NCBI GenBank assembly: GCA_965219845.1
Contig: CBDCOP010000007.1
Coordinates: forward strand, 335,640-399,639
Source of the DNA: Dehalococcoidia bacterium
Lineage (GTDB): Bacteria; Chloroflexota; Dehalococcoidia; Lucifugimonadales; Australimonadaceae
DNA length: 64,000 bases
Direction of reading: 5' to 3'
The notes beneath the pieces are model-generated. The model made no database searches and was not told where the DNA came from. It saw nothing but the letters and a program-made list of their open reading frames with translations. Numbering within the stretch: position 1 is the first letter of the stretch; every line of letters begins with the position of its first letter. Shown here piece after piece: positions 9,402 to 19,373 of this stretch. Both the position numbers and the translations under genes were made by a program.

Positions 9402-9941
9402 CTACCGCTGCTCCCAACGCTCGCGGGTCACGCCGAAGAGCAGCGTGTCCCAGTCGCGGCCCTTGAAGTGTTCGGAGGCAGGGAGCCTGCCCTCCCGCGA
9501 CATCCCGAGCTTCTCCAGCACGCGCGCGGAGGCAGCGTTCTCCGCGATGCACCACGACGAGAGACGGCGCACGCCCAACTCGCGGAACGCGAACCCCGCC
9601 ATCGCAGTTGCCGCCTCGGTTGCGTAGCCGCATCTCCAGTGCTCGGGCGACAGCTCGAAGCCGATGTCCGCCTCGGTGTCGTCGTCCGGTTTGCAACGCA
9701 CGCCGCAGCTGCCGATGAGCGCGCCGTTCTCCCGCAGCAGTACGGCGAGTTGGAAGCGGCGTCGCGGAGACTCGGATTGCCAGTCGATGAACTGCCGGAC
9801 GAACCGCCGCACGTCGTCCGGCGTGCGCTCTTCCCACGGATAGTAGCGGAGGTAACGCGAGTCGTTCTGATAGACGAGGACCGCAGCGGAGTCGTCCTCC
9901 ATGTACTCGCGGAGGACGAGGCGGGGCGTCTCCAGGCGCAC
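9402..9941 (-). CDS. GNAT family N-acetyltransferase (RimJ/RimL-like)
   Basis: N-terminal ETPRLVLRE motif and an acetyl-CoA-binding-like segment (WRCGYATEAATAMAGFAF...SARVLEKLGM). Confidence 0.8.
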   Translation of the reverse strand: MRLETPRLVLREYMEDDSAAVLVYQNDSRYLRYYPWEERTPDDVRRFVRQFIDWQSESPRRRFQLAVLLRENGALIGSCGVRCKPDDDTEADIGFELSPEHWRCGYATEAATAMAGFAFRELGVRRLSSWCIAENAASARVLEKLGMSREGRLPASEHFKGRDWDTLLFGVTRERWEQR

Positions 9942-9945
9942 GTGT

Positions 9946-10302
9946 CTACGCCTGGCGCCCGTAGTCGTCCTGGAGGCGCACGACGTCCTCCAGCTCGGTC
10001 GTGCTCACTTCGAGGATCACAGCAGGCTCCCTGGAGAAGCCCTCGATGCGGTGCACCGTGCCCGGCTCGATGGCGTACGCCTCGCCGAACCCCATGGCGA
10101 TATCGTGCTCGCCCGTCTCGTCGAAGAGCGACAGGACAGCGGCGCCGCGCACCAGCAGCATAGTCTCGCGCTTGCGCTCGTGGTACTGCTTGCTCAGCCG
10201 CCTCCCGCGCCGGATGCGCAGGTACTTCACGCAGTACGCATCATTCAGGTCAACGATGTGCTCGCTGCCCCACGGCTTCGGTATGACGTCGCCGGACTTC
10301 AT
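9946..10302 (-). CDS. Cupin domain protein
   Basis: 118 aa. KPWGSE...KQYHERKRETMLLVRG...GTVHRIEG resembles the type II phosphomannose-isomerase-like cupin core. Confidence 0.7.
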   Translation of the reverse strand: MKSGDVIPKPWGSEHIVDLNDAYCVKYLRIRRGRRLSKQYHERKRETMLLVRGAAVLSLFDETGEHDIAMGFGEAYAIEPGTVHRIEGFSREPAVILEVSTTELEDVVRLQDDYGRQA

Positions 10303-10337
10303 CGCGCTTCGATTCTACGCGCTGCCCGACGACTGGC

Positions 10338-11422
10338 CTAGAGCGCGTCGGCAGCGAGCCGGGCTTCGTCGAACCGCAGGCCGAGGCCGGGCTCGTCCGG
10401 CATCACGAGGCGTCCCGTCGCGGCGTCCAGTTGCGGCACTTCCTCGAACAGCGGGAACGCCCACGGCATGTGCTCCACGTAGAGACCGTTCGGCGCGGCG
10501 GCCAGCGCGTGGCCGAGTATCTCCGGCGCGAGGTGCGTCACCACGGGCAGGTTGTACGCCTCCGCCATGTGCGCTGCCTTCATCCACTGCGTGATGCCAC
10601 CCACGCGCAGCAGGTCCACCATGACGATGTCGATCGAGCGCGCCTCCAGCATGTGGCGGAACGGCCCGACGCCGTAGTGGTACTCACCCGCGGCGATGGG
10701 CGTGTCCAGCGCGTCGGCGATGCGCGCAAGCCCGGCGTAGTCCTGGAAGTGGACGGGGTCCTCCAGCCAGAAGAGGCCGTATTCGGCCATGCCGCGCCCC
10801 ACCGCGATGGCGCGGTTCACGTCCCACCCCTGGTTGATGTCCACCATGAGGTCGACGTCCGGGCCGACGGCCTCGCGCATCGTGCGCAACCGCACCAGTT
10901 CCGCCTGCGCCGACGCCTCGGCGCCCATGCGGAACTTCATGGCGCGGAAGCCCTGCGCAGCAAGGTCGGCCGCTGTGGTGGCGAGTGCTTCGAGGTCGTA
11001 GTGCCGCCAGAGGAATCCGCTGGCGTAGGTGGACGCCGCTCCGGAGCCCGCGCGCCGAGCAACTTCCAGACCGGCATGCCCAGCGCCTTGCCGCGGATGT
11101 CCCAGAGCGCCACGTCTATCGCGGAGATGGCGCGCGTTACGAGCCCGGCAGGCGACCCACCGCCCGCCTTGCGTGCAAGACCGCGCCCGATCGCCTCAAC
11201 GGCGTGCGGGTCCGCTCCGACCGTCTCCGCGGCGAGCGCGTCGACCGTCTCCTTCAGCGCCTTGGTCACCAGCGGCGACGCGAACCCCGCGTAGGCGATG
11301 CCCTCGATGCCGTCGTCCGTGCGCAGGCGCAGCGTCACGTAGTCTGCCTCCTCGCGCGGCGCGGACGGTCCCGGCTCGCGCGGGATGCGGACTGCCATCG
11401 TCTCGAACGACGCGATGCGCAT
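10338..11422 (-). pseudogene. Enolase-superfamily (mandelate racemase/muconate lactonizing enzyme-like) gene interrupted by a frameshift
   Basis: The N-terminal capping domain (MRIASFETMAVRIP...AIDVALWDIRGKALGMPVWKLLGAR) reads in one frame down to about 11045. The barrel domain (STYASGFLWRH...MKFRMG...VDINQGW...FWLEDP) continues in another frame from about 11039. RBS GGAGGA lies before the ATG at 11422. Confidence 0.75.
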
Positions 11423-11433
11423 ACGTGTTCCTC

Positions 11434-12567
11434 CTACGCGAGCCCGTGTACGGGGAAGATGAGCCGCTTGATCTCCGTGACCTGCTGCTGAACGAAATCG
11501 CGAGCCCTCTCGCGCATCTGCGCTTCCACGTCCGGCGGCGCGGCGTCCCGCAGGCGCGGGCTCGTCAGATAGGCGTCCGCGCGGGGCGGCAGGTCGTCCG
11601 GCCACTCGCGGCCGAGCATCGCGCCATAGGCGAGCGTCCAGCATCGCGCCGTTGCGTCGAGGTCGTAGCCGCCGCCGCCGAACGCGAGCATCGGGTAGCC
11701 CATGCTGCCCACGCGGCGCACCAGCGCCTCGTAGCCGTGCGTACTGAGCGCGAGGTGGGTCAGCGGGTCAGTGACGTAAGCGTCGGCGCCCATCTGCACG
11801 GCGAGTACGTCCGGCGCGAACGCCTCGATGAGCGGCGGCACGACGCGCTCGAACGCCTCGACGTAGACGTCGTCGCTCGTGTAGGGGAAGAGCGGCAGGT
11901 TCACGGAGTAGCCAGCGGCGTCGCCCGCGCCGACCTCGTTCACCGCGCCGGTGCCGGGGAAGAGCCAGCGTCCGCTCTCGTGGACGGAGATCGTCATCAC
12001 GTCCGTGTCGTGGTAGAAGGCGGCCTGCACGCCGTCGCCGTGGTGCGCGTCGACGTCCACGTACACCACGCGCAGGCCGCGCTTGCGGAGGATGTTGATG
12101 GCGACGACCGGGTCGTTGAAGATGCAGAAGCCGGACGCCCACCCGCGCATCGCGTGGTGCAGCCCGCCCGCCGGAGCGAATGCCGCCGACGCTTGGCCGT
12201 CCGCGATCAGCTCCGCCGCCTGCACCGACGCGCCTGTCGATAGCAGCGCGGCCTCGTACATGCCGGGGTAGACGGGGTTGTCGCCGTGGGCGGCGAAGCC
12301 GTGCCGCTCGCCGTCGGCCTCCTCGCCGCTGCTCAGGCGGCGGACGGTCTCGACGTACTCCTCGGTGTGGAACGTCGTCAGCTCGTCGAGCGTCGCGGGG
12401 CGCGGCGGGACGAGCAGCGCGTGCTCGTCCTCGAACGCTCCATAGGCCCGCAGCAGGGCGTAGGTGTGCCGCAGGCGGACGGGGCGCATCGGATGGCCCT
12501 CGCGCAGCACGTGGCCTGAGAGCACGTCGTCGTAGACGTAGGCGGCTTTGCCCGTGGGCGTCGTCAT
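11434..12567 (-). CDS. Histone deacetylase-family / acetoin utilization AcuC-like deacetylase
   Basis: HDAC motifs GGLHHAMRGWASGFCIFND and YVDVDAHHGDGVQ. Start taken at MTTPTGK (ATG 12567). Confidence 0.85.
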   Translation of the reverse strand: MTTPTGKAAYVYDDVLSGHVLREGHPMRPVRLRHTYALLRAYGAFEDEHALLVPPRPATLDELTTFHTEEYVETVRRLSSGEEADGERHGFAAHGDNPVYPGMYEAALLSTGASVQAAELIADGQASAAFAPAGGLHHAMRGWASGFCIFNDPVVAINILRKRGLRVVYVDVDAHHGDGVQAAFYHDTDVMTISVHESGRWLFPGTGAVNEVGAGDAAGYSVNLPLFPYTSDDVYVEAFERVVPPLIEAFAPDVLAVQMGADAYVTDPLTHLALSTHGYEALVRRVGSMGYPMLAFGGGGYDLDATARCWTLAYGAMLGREWPDDLPPRADAYLTSPRLRDAAPPDVEAQMRERARDFVQQQVTEIKRLIFPVHGLA

Positions 12568-12624
12568 GGGCCGCAGTCTACCAGCGTGGGGTGGGGTGGG
12601 TGTCGTGGTGTGACGGGGTTCAAC
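12457..12624. repeat. Direct repeat copy 1 (deacetylase 5-prime end plus upstream region)
   Basis: About 85% identical by eye to 19263-19429, same orientation. Covers the first ~37 codons of the deacetylase gene and ~57 bp upstream. Confidence 0.85.
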
Positions 12625-12745
12625 GCGAAGCGGAATGATGCGGATGAGCAGGGGTGAGGCCTGTCGAATCCAGAGGAGCAGAGGAGACCATGACTTGCGC
12701 GGAGGGATACACACGTACTACGCTGCGCCCGCAGAGGCGCGACTG

Positions 12746-12961
12746 ATGACGACGGAAGTGACACTGAGGGACGTGCTTGACCGGATAGACCGGTTCGAGC
12801 AGGACAACGCCGCTCAGCACAGGCAACTGGCAGAGTCCATCGCGGGGATGCGAGGCGAATGGAGCCTCTTCAAGTGGGTGGTGGGGATCTTCGTCGCTCC
12901 CATGTCCGTGGCCGTCGCAGGCGTCGTGGCTTACGCGCTCTTCCAGGTATTCGCCGGCTGA
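12746..12961 (+). CDS. Small tail-anchored membrane protein (distant paralog of 56636..56860 and 57742..57966)
   Basis: 71 aa: MTTE start, helical segment F-x-Q-D-N-A-A-Q-H-x-x-L-x-x-x-I-A-x-M, then a C-terminal hydrophobic helix. Same architecture and core motif as the two downstream copies. Confidence 0.5.
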   Translation: MTTEVTLRDVLDRIDRFEQDNAAQHRQLAESIAGMRGEWSLFKWVVGIFVAPMSVAVAGVVAYALFQVFAG

Positions 12962-13165
12962 CGCCGTACTCCCCCCAACAGCACCCGAAGCAGTTCCGCC
13001 GCGACTTCCTCCGGCGATATCCGGAGAGACGACACATGCTATGCTCCTCCTCGCGGTTTGAGGGTCCTCGCCCATGACCGGGCGCGCCGTTGGGGTCGAC
13101 GGCGGACGGACAGCGGCAGCATCGGGTCCGGCATCGTTCTCTGAAGGTGTGCCAGGAGGCAGGGC

Positions 13166-14287
13166 ATGGTCATCGAGAAGCGCGAGCTCCAGAAACACAC
13201 ACCATTCGAGCGGTGGGTCGCCTCGGAAGGGCTCAAAGTCATCCAGCAGCAGGTCATCCCCGACATCCGCGCGGTCGACCTGGAGCCGTGGGAACGAACG
13301 GGCTGCGACGGTGCTCTGCTCGATCTGACTCCGTATCCGATCGAGGAGGGAGACGTTCTCACGAACGCCGGAACGTCGCGCTACCTGTGCGACATCCCAC
13401 CCGGGGGCACCTTCAGGGCCGAGCGGCACATGTACGAGGAGATGTTCTTCGTCGTGTCGGGTAGGGGCGCCGCGACGGTCTGGTGCCCCGACAGCCCGAA
13501 GCAGACCTTCGAATGGCAGGAGGGCAGTGTCTTCTCCATCCCACTGAACACGTGGCACGAGCTGTACAACGGCAGCGGCGACACGCCCGCCAGGCTCTAT
13601 GCGGCCTTCAACGCCCCGACGGTGTTCAACCTCTACAACAGCGAGCAGTTCATCTTCAACTGCGATGCGACATTCCCCGAGCGGTTCGATCCGTACGACG
13701 AGACCTACTTCAGCGGCAAGTCCGAGAAGATCAGGGAGCGCCTGGTGAGGACCAACTTCGTCTCCAACGTGCGCAACATGACCCTGGACCGCATGCAGTA
13801 CCGCGGTCCCGGCACGAACATGCACGCGCTCATGGCAGATGGCCACTTCGTCTGTCACCTCTCCGAATTCCCCGGCCTCACCTACAAGAAGGCCCACACC
13901 GCGACCAACAACCGCACGAGGGCCGGCCTCAACTCAGAGGTCGCCTACCTCTTTCTGAACGGCGAGGGGTTCGACCTGCAGTGGGCCCCCGGGGTCAACC
14001 CTGCGCCCGGCGTGCCCTTCGAACGGATCGACTACCACGCGTGGTCGTTGCTGACGCCGGGCAACGGCTACCACCAGCACTTCAACACCGCGCAGGAGCC
14101 GATCCGCTACGTGGTCCTGCGCCGCGGCAATCCGGAGCTGGTGGGCGGCGGAGGACGTGATACCAACCCACAGATCGAGTTCGGGGAGGAGGACCCCGCC
14201 GTTTGGGAGGTATTCGAGGCCGAGCTGCGCAGGAAGGGCTACGACCCTTCGGAGATGGACGCGTACCGCAGCAACGAACCGGAGTAG
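13166..14287 (+). CDS. Bicupin protein (gentisate 1,2-dioxygenase-like fold)
   Basis: 373 aa with two cupin-like halves (GGTFRAERHMYEEMFFVVSGRG...NTWHELYN and HTATNN...GNGYHQHFN). Paralog of 15576..16742. Confidence 0.65.
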   Translation: MVIEKRELQKHTPFERWVASEGLKVIQQQVIPDIRAVDLEPWERTGCDGALLDLTPYPIEEGDVLTNAGTSRYLCDIPPGGTFRAERHMYEEMFFVVSGRGAATVWCPDSPKQTFEWQEGSVFSIPLNTWHELYNGSGDTPARLYAAFNAPTVFNLYNSEQFIFNCDATFPERFDPYDETYFSGKSEKIRERLVRTNFVSNVRNMTLDRMQYRGPGTNMHALMADGHFVCHLSEFPGLTYKKAHTATNNRTRAGLNSEVAYLFLNGEGFDLQWAPGVNPAPGVPFERIDYHAWSLLTPGNGYHQHFNTAQEPIRYVVLRRGNPELVGGGGRDTNPQIEFGEEDPAVWEVFEAELRRKGYDPSEMDAYRSNEPE

Positions 14288-14322
14288 CCGCCGGGAGGAG
14301 GGGGCCTGCAGTCTATGCTCGG

Positions 14323-15519
14323 CTACCCTCCAAGTATCATCGTCTCAGGCAACATCATGCCGGAGGCGCCGGCGGGAAGCGCCCACTCCTTCAGGGGCCG
14401 GCCTTCCTCCAGTGCTCTGATCTCTCGATTGAATATCTTCCTGATGAGGATGTTCTGCACGTCGACCCGTCCCAGGTGCTCCATCTCGCGCGGCGCGACA
14501 CGCCCCTGGCCAACGATGGTCACGTAGTCCTCGATGCGGAAGGTCTGATACATCGACAACGACCTGTCCAGCTCCTCGAGCGTCATCCTGCCGGCCAGGA
14601 CCTCCTCCGCCATCTCCTCGAGGGGTGCGAACCCCAGGTCCAGCTCCACCTGACGCCGCTTGCGGTACGCTTCGGCGTCGTCCCCTGTGGCATACACGAA
14701 GTCCACCGTGTAGCACACCATCCGCTCGTCGTTCACCGGCAGGTAGTACAGCAGCCGGTCCTGCCTGATGATGCGTTCGTCGCCCGGGATACCCAACAAC
14801 CGTTGGGCAGGGTGGTCACTGCAGATCATCGTGCAGATGGGCCATATCTTCTGGTTGTAGAAGCGTCCGCGGTCAACGCCCACACGCACGCCGTAGTCGG
14901 TCTCTTCGGCGATGATGGCGCCGATGGCCCGCGGCCTCCCCCCGGCCCGCAGCGTGGACTCGCGGTGGGTGTAAGGCGGATGGGCAGGATCGTTGTCCAT
15001 CCGGCTGAAGTAGTTGCATGGCCAGTCCTCCGGCAGACCTGGGCTGACCACGCCTTCGGAGGCATCGAAGTCCGGGAAGCGGGGCAGCGGAGGGGGGTCT
15101 CCTTCGCCGAGGTAAGCGAAGACGAGCCCGAGGTAGTCCTCTACCGGGTAGCTGCGGATCTGCACCTTGGCGGCGAAGGAGTCGGACTCGCCCGGTTGCT
15201 CGACGCACTGGCCGGAGGAGTCGTACTTCCAACCGTGATAGCGGCACCGGATCGAGTCGCCTTCCACCCAGCCGCTCGACAGCTGAGTCCCGCGGTGTGC
15301 GCACCGGAAGGCGACGAGGTGCGGGTCGCCCTCTTCACCCCGGTAGAGGGTGAACTGCTCGCTCATCACCTCGATGGGTACGGCACGCCCGGGCACGACA
15401 TCCTGTGAGCGGTACACCGGCTGCCAGAAGGTCCTCAGGTAATTCCCACAGAGCGTATCCGGCCCCGTGTGGACGTAGTCGATCGGTTCCGTCGCGGCGG
15501 GAGTCGTCGTCATCGTCAT
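14323..15519 (-). CDS. Rieske [2Fe-2S] non-heme iron oxygenase
   Basis: Rieske motif CAHRGTQLS...CRYHGW. RBS GAGGAG before the ATG at 15519. Paralog of 18007..19230. Confidence 0.85.
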   Translation of the reverse strand: MTMTTTPAATEPIDYVHTGPDTLCGNYLRTFWQPVYRSQDVVPGRAVPIEVMSEQFTLYRGEEGDPHLVAFRCAHRGTQLSSGWVEGDSIRCRYHGWKYDSSGQCVEQPGESDSFAAKVQIRSYPVEDYLGLVFAYLGEGDPPPLPRFPDFDASEGVVSPGLPEDWPCNYFSRMDNDPAHPPYTHRESTLRAGGRPRAIGAIIAEETDYGVRVGVDRGRFYNQKIWPICTMICSDHPAQRLLGIPGDERIIRQDRLLYYLPVNDERMVCYTVDFVYATGDDAEAYRKRRQVELDLGFAPLEEMAEEVLAGRMTLEELDRSLSMYQTFRIEDYVTIVGQGRVAPREMEHLGRVDVQNILIRKIFNREIRALEEGRPLKEWALPAGASGMMLPETMILGG

Positions 15520-15575
15520 AACTCCTCTTGCGGTACAAGCCGGTGCGAGATGCGTAGCCTGGGTTGTGCTCCCCG

Positions 15576-16742
15576 CTAGACCCTGGAGAGCAGTGGCTCG
15601 GTCCGGTATTGCACAGCCGGCATGGCGGGCTCCACGCCCGCGGCCCTGCACCTGAGCTCCCATTGCCGCCGGACCTCCGGGTCTTCGTCCTCGTAGTCGA
15701 TGAGCTGGCCGCCCTCGCGGAGGCTCGTCATCACACCGGACCCCCCCTCCAGTTCATGACGCGACTCGCTGACCGAACTGAAGGAGAGCGGGTCCCCGTG
15801 GATCGCCCAGTGTCGTGCGGGTTCCTTGCCCGTGCTCATGTGCTGGTGGAACCAGGCGTCGGGCGGGGCATATATGCTCCTGGGTCCCCAGTCCACCATG
15901 ACCACCTCATCCTCGTAGCCATCCTGGAACGGGTGGATACCCAACTCCTTGGGCCACAGCACGACGAATCCCTTGCCGCTGAGGCCGACGATGATGGCTC
16001 CCGGCCCGTGATAGTGGGCCTTGTGGTACCGGCCAACGGGCCAACTCGAGATGTGACCGTGAGGAAAGCCATAGCCCATGCTGAACGACGTCAAGTCGCC
16101 GCCCGCCACCTTCATCTCCATGGGGTCGAGGGCTGCGCTGGCAACGTCGGGTATGAAATTGGTGAACCAGGTGACGGACTGGTTGCGGCTCCCGGGAGTC
16201 CGCGTCTCCGAGGCGTTGAAGTAGTCGCTCTCTCCACCGTAGCGTTCCAGGAACTTGTAGTCGCTGTTGAAGATGAAGTCGGGGTTGTTGAACAGCTTGA
16301 ACAGCCGCGGCGCACGCGTGAACGCAAGGATCAGGACAGGCTCGATCGAGCCGTTCACGAGCCGGTGCCACACGTTGATGGGAATGGGGAACACAGATCC
16401 CGGTCCCCATTCGAAGATGCTCTTGCCCTCGCCCTCCTGCCAGATCTCGGTGAGCCCCCGGCCTTCCAGAACGTAGATCACCTCATCGTACAGGTGCTTC
16501 TCGGGGTTGAGTGACCCTGCACCCGGTATCTCGACCAGGTAACATCCACGATCAGCCTGGCGGATACCGTTGAGTTGGATGAAGGTGCCCTTGCCCCCCA
16601 TCCGGGGCCACGGCTCCCGGGGCAGTTCCGCCACGTCGGCGACGGCAGCCTTCGCTGCATGAACGGGAATGCCTTCGGACGCCATCCACGAGTCATACGC
16701 AAGCCTGATCTTGTCGGATTCCGTTTGGGGTCGTTCGGTCAT
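15576..16742 (-). CDS. Bicupin protein (paralog of 13166..14287)
   Basis: 388 aa from MTERPQ (ATG 16742). Cupin blocks EKHLYDEVIYVLEGRG...NVWHRLVN and HKAHYHGPGAIIVG...WFHQH. Confidence 0.65.
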   Translation of the reverse strand: MTERPQTESDKIRLAYDSWMASEGIPVHAAKAAVADVAELPREPWPRMGGKGTFIQLNGIRQADRGCYLVEIPGAGSLNPEKHLYDEVIYVLEGRGLTEIWQEGEGKSIFEWGPGSVFPIPINVWHRLVNGSIEPVLILAFTRAPRLFKLFNNPDFIFNSDYKFLERYGGESDYFNASETRTPGSRNQSVTWFTNFIPDVASAALDPMEMKVAGGDLTSFSMGYGFPHGHISSWPVGRYHKAHYHGPGAIIVGLSGKGFVVLWPKELGIHPFQDGYEDEVVMVDWGPRSIYAPPDAWFHQHMSTGKEPARHWAIHGDPLSFSSVSESRHELEGGSGVMTSLREGGQLIDYEDEDPEVRRQWELRCRAAGVEPAMPAVQYRTEPLLSRV

Positions 16743-16880
16743 GATGCCCTCCTGCCCTCGCGTCCTTGCGAAGACCCACGCCTGCAGTCCCAATCGTGAC
16801 GAGACGCCACGCCCGCGAACGTACCACCAGCCAGGGTCAGCGTCAATCGCTCCGCATTCGCCAGCCATTCGACAGTGGAA

Positions 16881-17729
16881 CTAGATGTCCAACCCGCCGC
16901 CTGACGCGGGCGGGAAGAGCTGCTGCAGCAACGCTGTTGCCGGCAGGCCGACGCCCAACTCCCGCGCAAGCTCGATCGCGGGGGTCAGTGTCAGCAGCAT
17001 ACCCGCGAACTGCTGCCGCGACATGCCCTCTCCACCCTCAGCCCCATCCACGAGGCGAAAGCGGTCCACCCAGTTGTCCGTTGCGCTGCTATGGGCGTCG
17101 GTGACCCGAAGCACCTCCTGGACCTGTCGCAGGTCCAGACCGGACGCCTCGGCCAACTCCATACCCTCCCTGGCCGCAAGGATGTGCAGGCATGCAATGG
17201 TCTGGTGGACCGCCTTCATCGCCGACCCCTTCCCGAGCCCGCCCATGTGGCGGAGTTGAGTCCCCGAGGTGGCGAAGAGCGGACGGCACCGCTCCAGCAG
17301 GGCCTCGTCGCTTCCTATCATGTAGCACAGTGTGGCGGCCTCCGCTCCCCGTTGCCCTCCGCTGATGGGAGCGTCTATAACCTCGACACCCTGCTCTTTC
17401 GCGGCCTCAGCCATCCGCAGTACCGTTCCCGGTTGCACCGTGGTGTGGACCGCGATGACGCTGCCCGATCGGGCAGCCTGCAGGATGCCGTCCGGGCCCG
17501 TGATGACCTCAACGACGGCCTCATCGCCCTTGACCACGATGCCGGTTATATCGGCCGCAGCCGCGACCTCCTTCGGGCTTCCGGCAGCGGTGGCGCCGAG
17601 AGCCGAGAGCTCGTCCACCGGCTCGGAACGGAGGTCGAAGACGACGGTCTCGAAGCCGCCCCGGAGTGCGTTCCTCGCCATGGCCTTCCCCATCCTCCCC
17701 AGTCCGACGAACCCGGCGATCGTTGCCAT
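16881..17729 (-). CDS. NAD(P)-dependent 3-hydroxyisobutyrate / 6-phosphogluconate dehydrogenase-like oxidoreductase
   Basis: N-terminal Rossmann GFVGLGRMGKAMARN. Central VIDAPISGG and GxGxAxK-like GLGKGSAMKAV motifs typical of the HIBADH family. Confidence 0.8.
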   Translation of the reverse strand: MATIAGFVGLGRMGKAMARNALRGGFETVVFDLRSEPVDELSALGATAAGSPKEVAAAADITGIVVKGDEAVVEVITGPDGILQAARSGSVIAVHTTVQPGTVLRMAEAAKEQGVEVIDAPISGGQRGAEAATLCYMIGSDEALLERCRPLFATSGTQLRHMGGLGKGSAMKAVHQTIACLHILAAREGMELAEASGLDLRQVQEVLRVTDAHSSATDNWVDRFRLVDGAEGGEGMSRQQFAGMLLTLTPAIELARELGVGLPATALLQQLFPPASGGGLDI

Positions 17730-18006
17730 CGTGCCACCCCCCGGATATGCGTTGAGCAAGCTGGTCCGCCTGCTTACCGTTCGTTCGACGTGCCCACACA
17801 CTCCCGTCCCGACCCACACCCCGCAGTTGAGGACGGGGTTTCCCACATCCCGGCCAGTGTCGCCCGATGCCGATACTCCTGCAAGCCCTCGCCTGGAACC
17901 TGGTCTCGCCGGTCGTCCGGGTCCTGCTGCGCCTGTCGTTCCGCGTTATTGACCTTGGGAGGCTTGGTAATATGATGGCCGAGGCCGTTACCGGCAAACG
18001 GGACCC

Positions 18007-19230
18007 ATGGAACGGGAGGTGGTGACCATGACGACGGAGTTGGACTACACGGACTACGTTCACACCGGCCCGGACACACTGGCGGGGCGATACCTCCGGC
18101 GGTTCTGGCTCCCCGTCTATCGCTCTCAGGACGTCGCGCCCGGACGCGCAGTCCCCATCGAGATCCTGAACGAGAAGCTCACCCTGTACCGTGGGGAGGA
18201 CGGAGAACCCCACCTCGTGGCGTGGCGGTGCGCTCACCGGGGCACGCAGCTTTCGAACGGTTGGGTCGAAGGCGACGCCATCCGCTGCCGCTATCACGGC
18301 TGGAAGTACGGCCCCTCCGGGCAGTGCATCGAGCAGCCGGGCGAGTCGGACTCCTTCGCCGCCAAGGTGAGCATCGAGAGCTATCCGGTGCGGGACTACA
18401 TCGGCCTGGTCTACGCGTACCTGGGCGAGGGCGAGCCCCCCGAATTCCCGCGGATGCCCGCTTTCGAGGGTGAACTCGGCGTCCTCAGCGTGGGCCTGCC
18501 CGAGGTATGGCCCTGCAACTACTACAACCGGATGGACAACGACCCGGCCCACCCTCCGTTCACGCACCGGGTGTCGACCCTGCGGGCCGGCGGAACGCCC
18601 AGACCGGTGAAGATACTAGACGCCGAAGAAACGGAATACGGCTTCCGGGTCGCCGTCGACCGGGGGCGCTACCACAACCACCGGTTCTGGCCGGTCATCC
18701 TCTACCACCGGAACGAGGGCCCCAGGGGCGGGGAGCCGCCCAAGGGCAAGAGTACGGCCGGACCGGGATACGACGGCGCCGCCAGGCGGGACCGCAACCT
18801 CTACTACATGCCGGTCAACGACGAGAGGATGGTCTGCTTCACGGTCGACTTCGTACACGTGACGGGGGAGGCAGCGGAACGCTACATGGAGCGCCGCCAG
18901 GAGGAGCTGGAACAGGGGTTCGATGCCCTGGAGGAGATGGCGGAGGAGATCCTGGCGGGCAGGATGACGATAGAAGACATGCCCACCTCCCTGACGACCT
19001 ACCAGACGTTCCGCATCGAGGACTACGTGACGATCGTCGGGCAGGGTCGCATCGCGGACCGCAACGCCGAGCACCTGGGGCGGATCGACCGGCAGAACAT
19101 CCTGAGCCGCCAGATATGGGTGCGCGAGTTGAAGGCGCTTGCGGAGGGCAGGCCGCTGAAGGAGTGGCAGGTCCCGTGGGATGCGTCGGAGATGATGGTC
19201 CCGGAGTCGGTCATGCTGGGTTCCGAGTAA
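18007..19230 (+). CDS. Rieske [2Fe-2S] non-heme iron oxygenase
   Basis: Rieske motif CAHRGTQLS...CRYHGW. Colinear with 14323..15519 over most of its length. The start may be the ATG at 18028. Confidence 0.85.
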   Translation: MEREVVTMTTELDYTDYVHTGPDTLAGRYLRRFWLPVYRSQDVAPGRAVPIEILNEKLTLYRGEDGEPHLVAWRCAHRGTQLSNGWVEGDAIRCRYHGWKYGPSGQCIEQPGESDSFAAKVSIESYPVRDYIGLVYAYLGEGEPPEFPRMPAFEGELGVLSVGLPEVWPCNYYNRMDNDPAHPPFTHRVSTLRAGGTPRPVKILDAEETEYGFRVAVDRGRYHNHRFWPVILYHRNEGPRGGEPPKGKSTAGPGYDGAARRDRNLYYMPVNDERMVCFTVDFVHVTGEAAERYMERRQEELEQGFDALEEMAEEILAGRMTIEDMPTSLTTYQTFRIEDYVTIVGQGRIADRNAEHLGRIDRQNILSRQIWVRELKALAEGRPLKEWQVPWDASEMMVPESVMLGSE

Positions 19231-19262
19231 ACGAGCCGACGCAGGCCGGCTGGCGCAGATGG

Positions 19263-19373
19263 GGCGTAGGTGTGGCGCAGGCGCACGGGACACATCGGAT
19301 GGCCCTCGCGCAGCACGTCGCCGGAAAGCACGTCGTCGTAGACGTAGGCCGCATTCCCGGTGGGGGTCGTCAT
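19263..19373 (-). pseudogene. Truncated duplicate of the deacetylase 5-prime end (direct repeat copy 2 extends to 19429)
   Basis: Encodes MTTPTGNAAYVYDDVLSGDVLREGHPMCPVRLRHTY, nearly identical to the first ~36 residues of 11434..12567, then loses similarity. The upstream 56 bp is also duplicated. Confidence 0.8.

Noticed and set aside
11030-11060. Programmed ribosomal frameshift in the enolase-superfamily gene.
   Set aside because: There is no slippery heptamer or downstream structure at the junction, and this family is not known to use recoding. A mutation or sequencing error is the simpler explanation.
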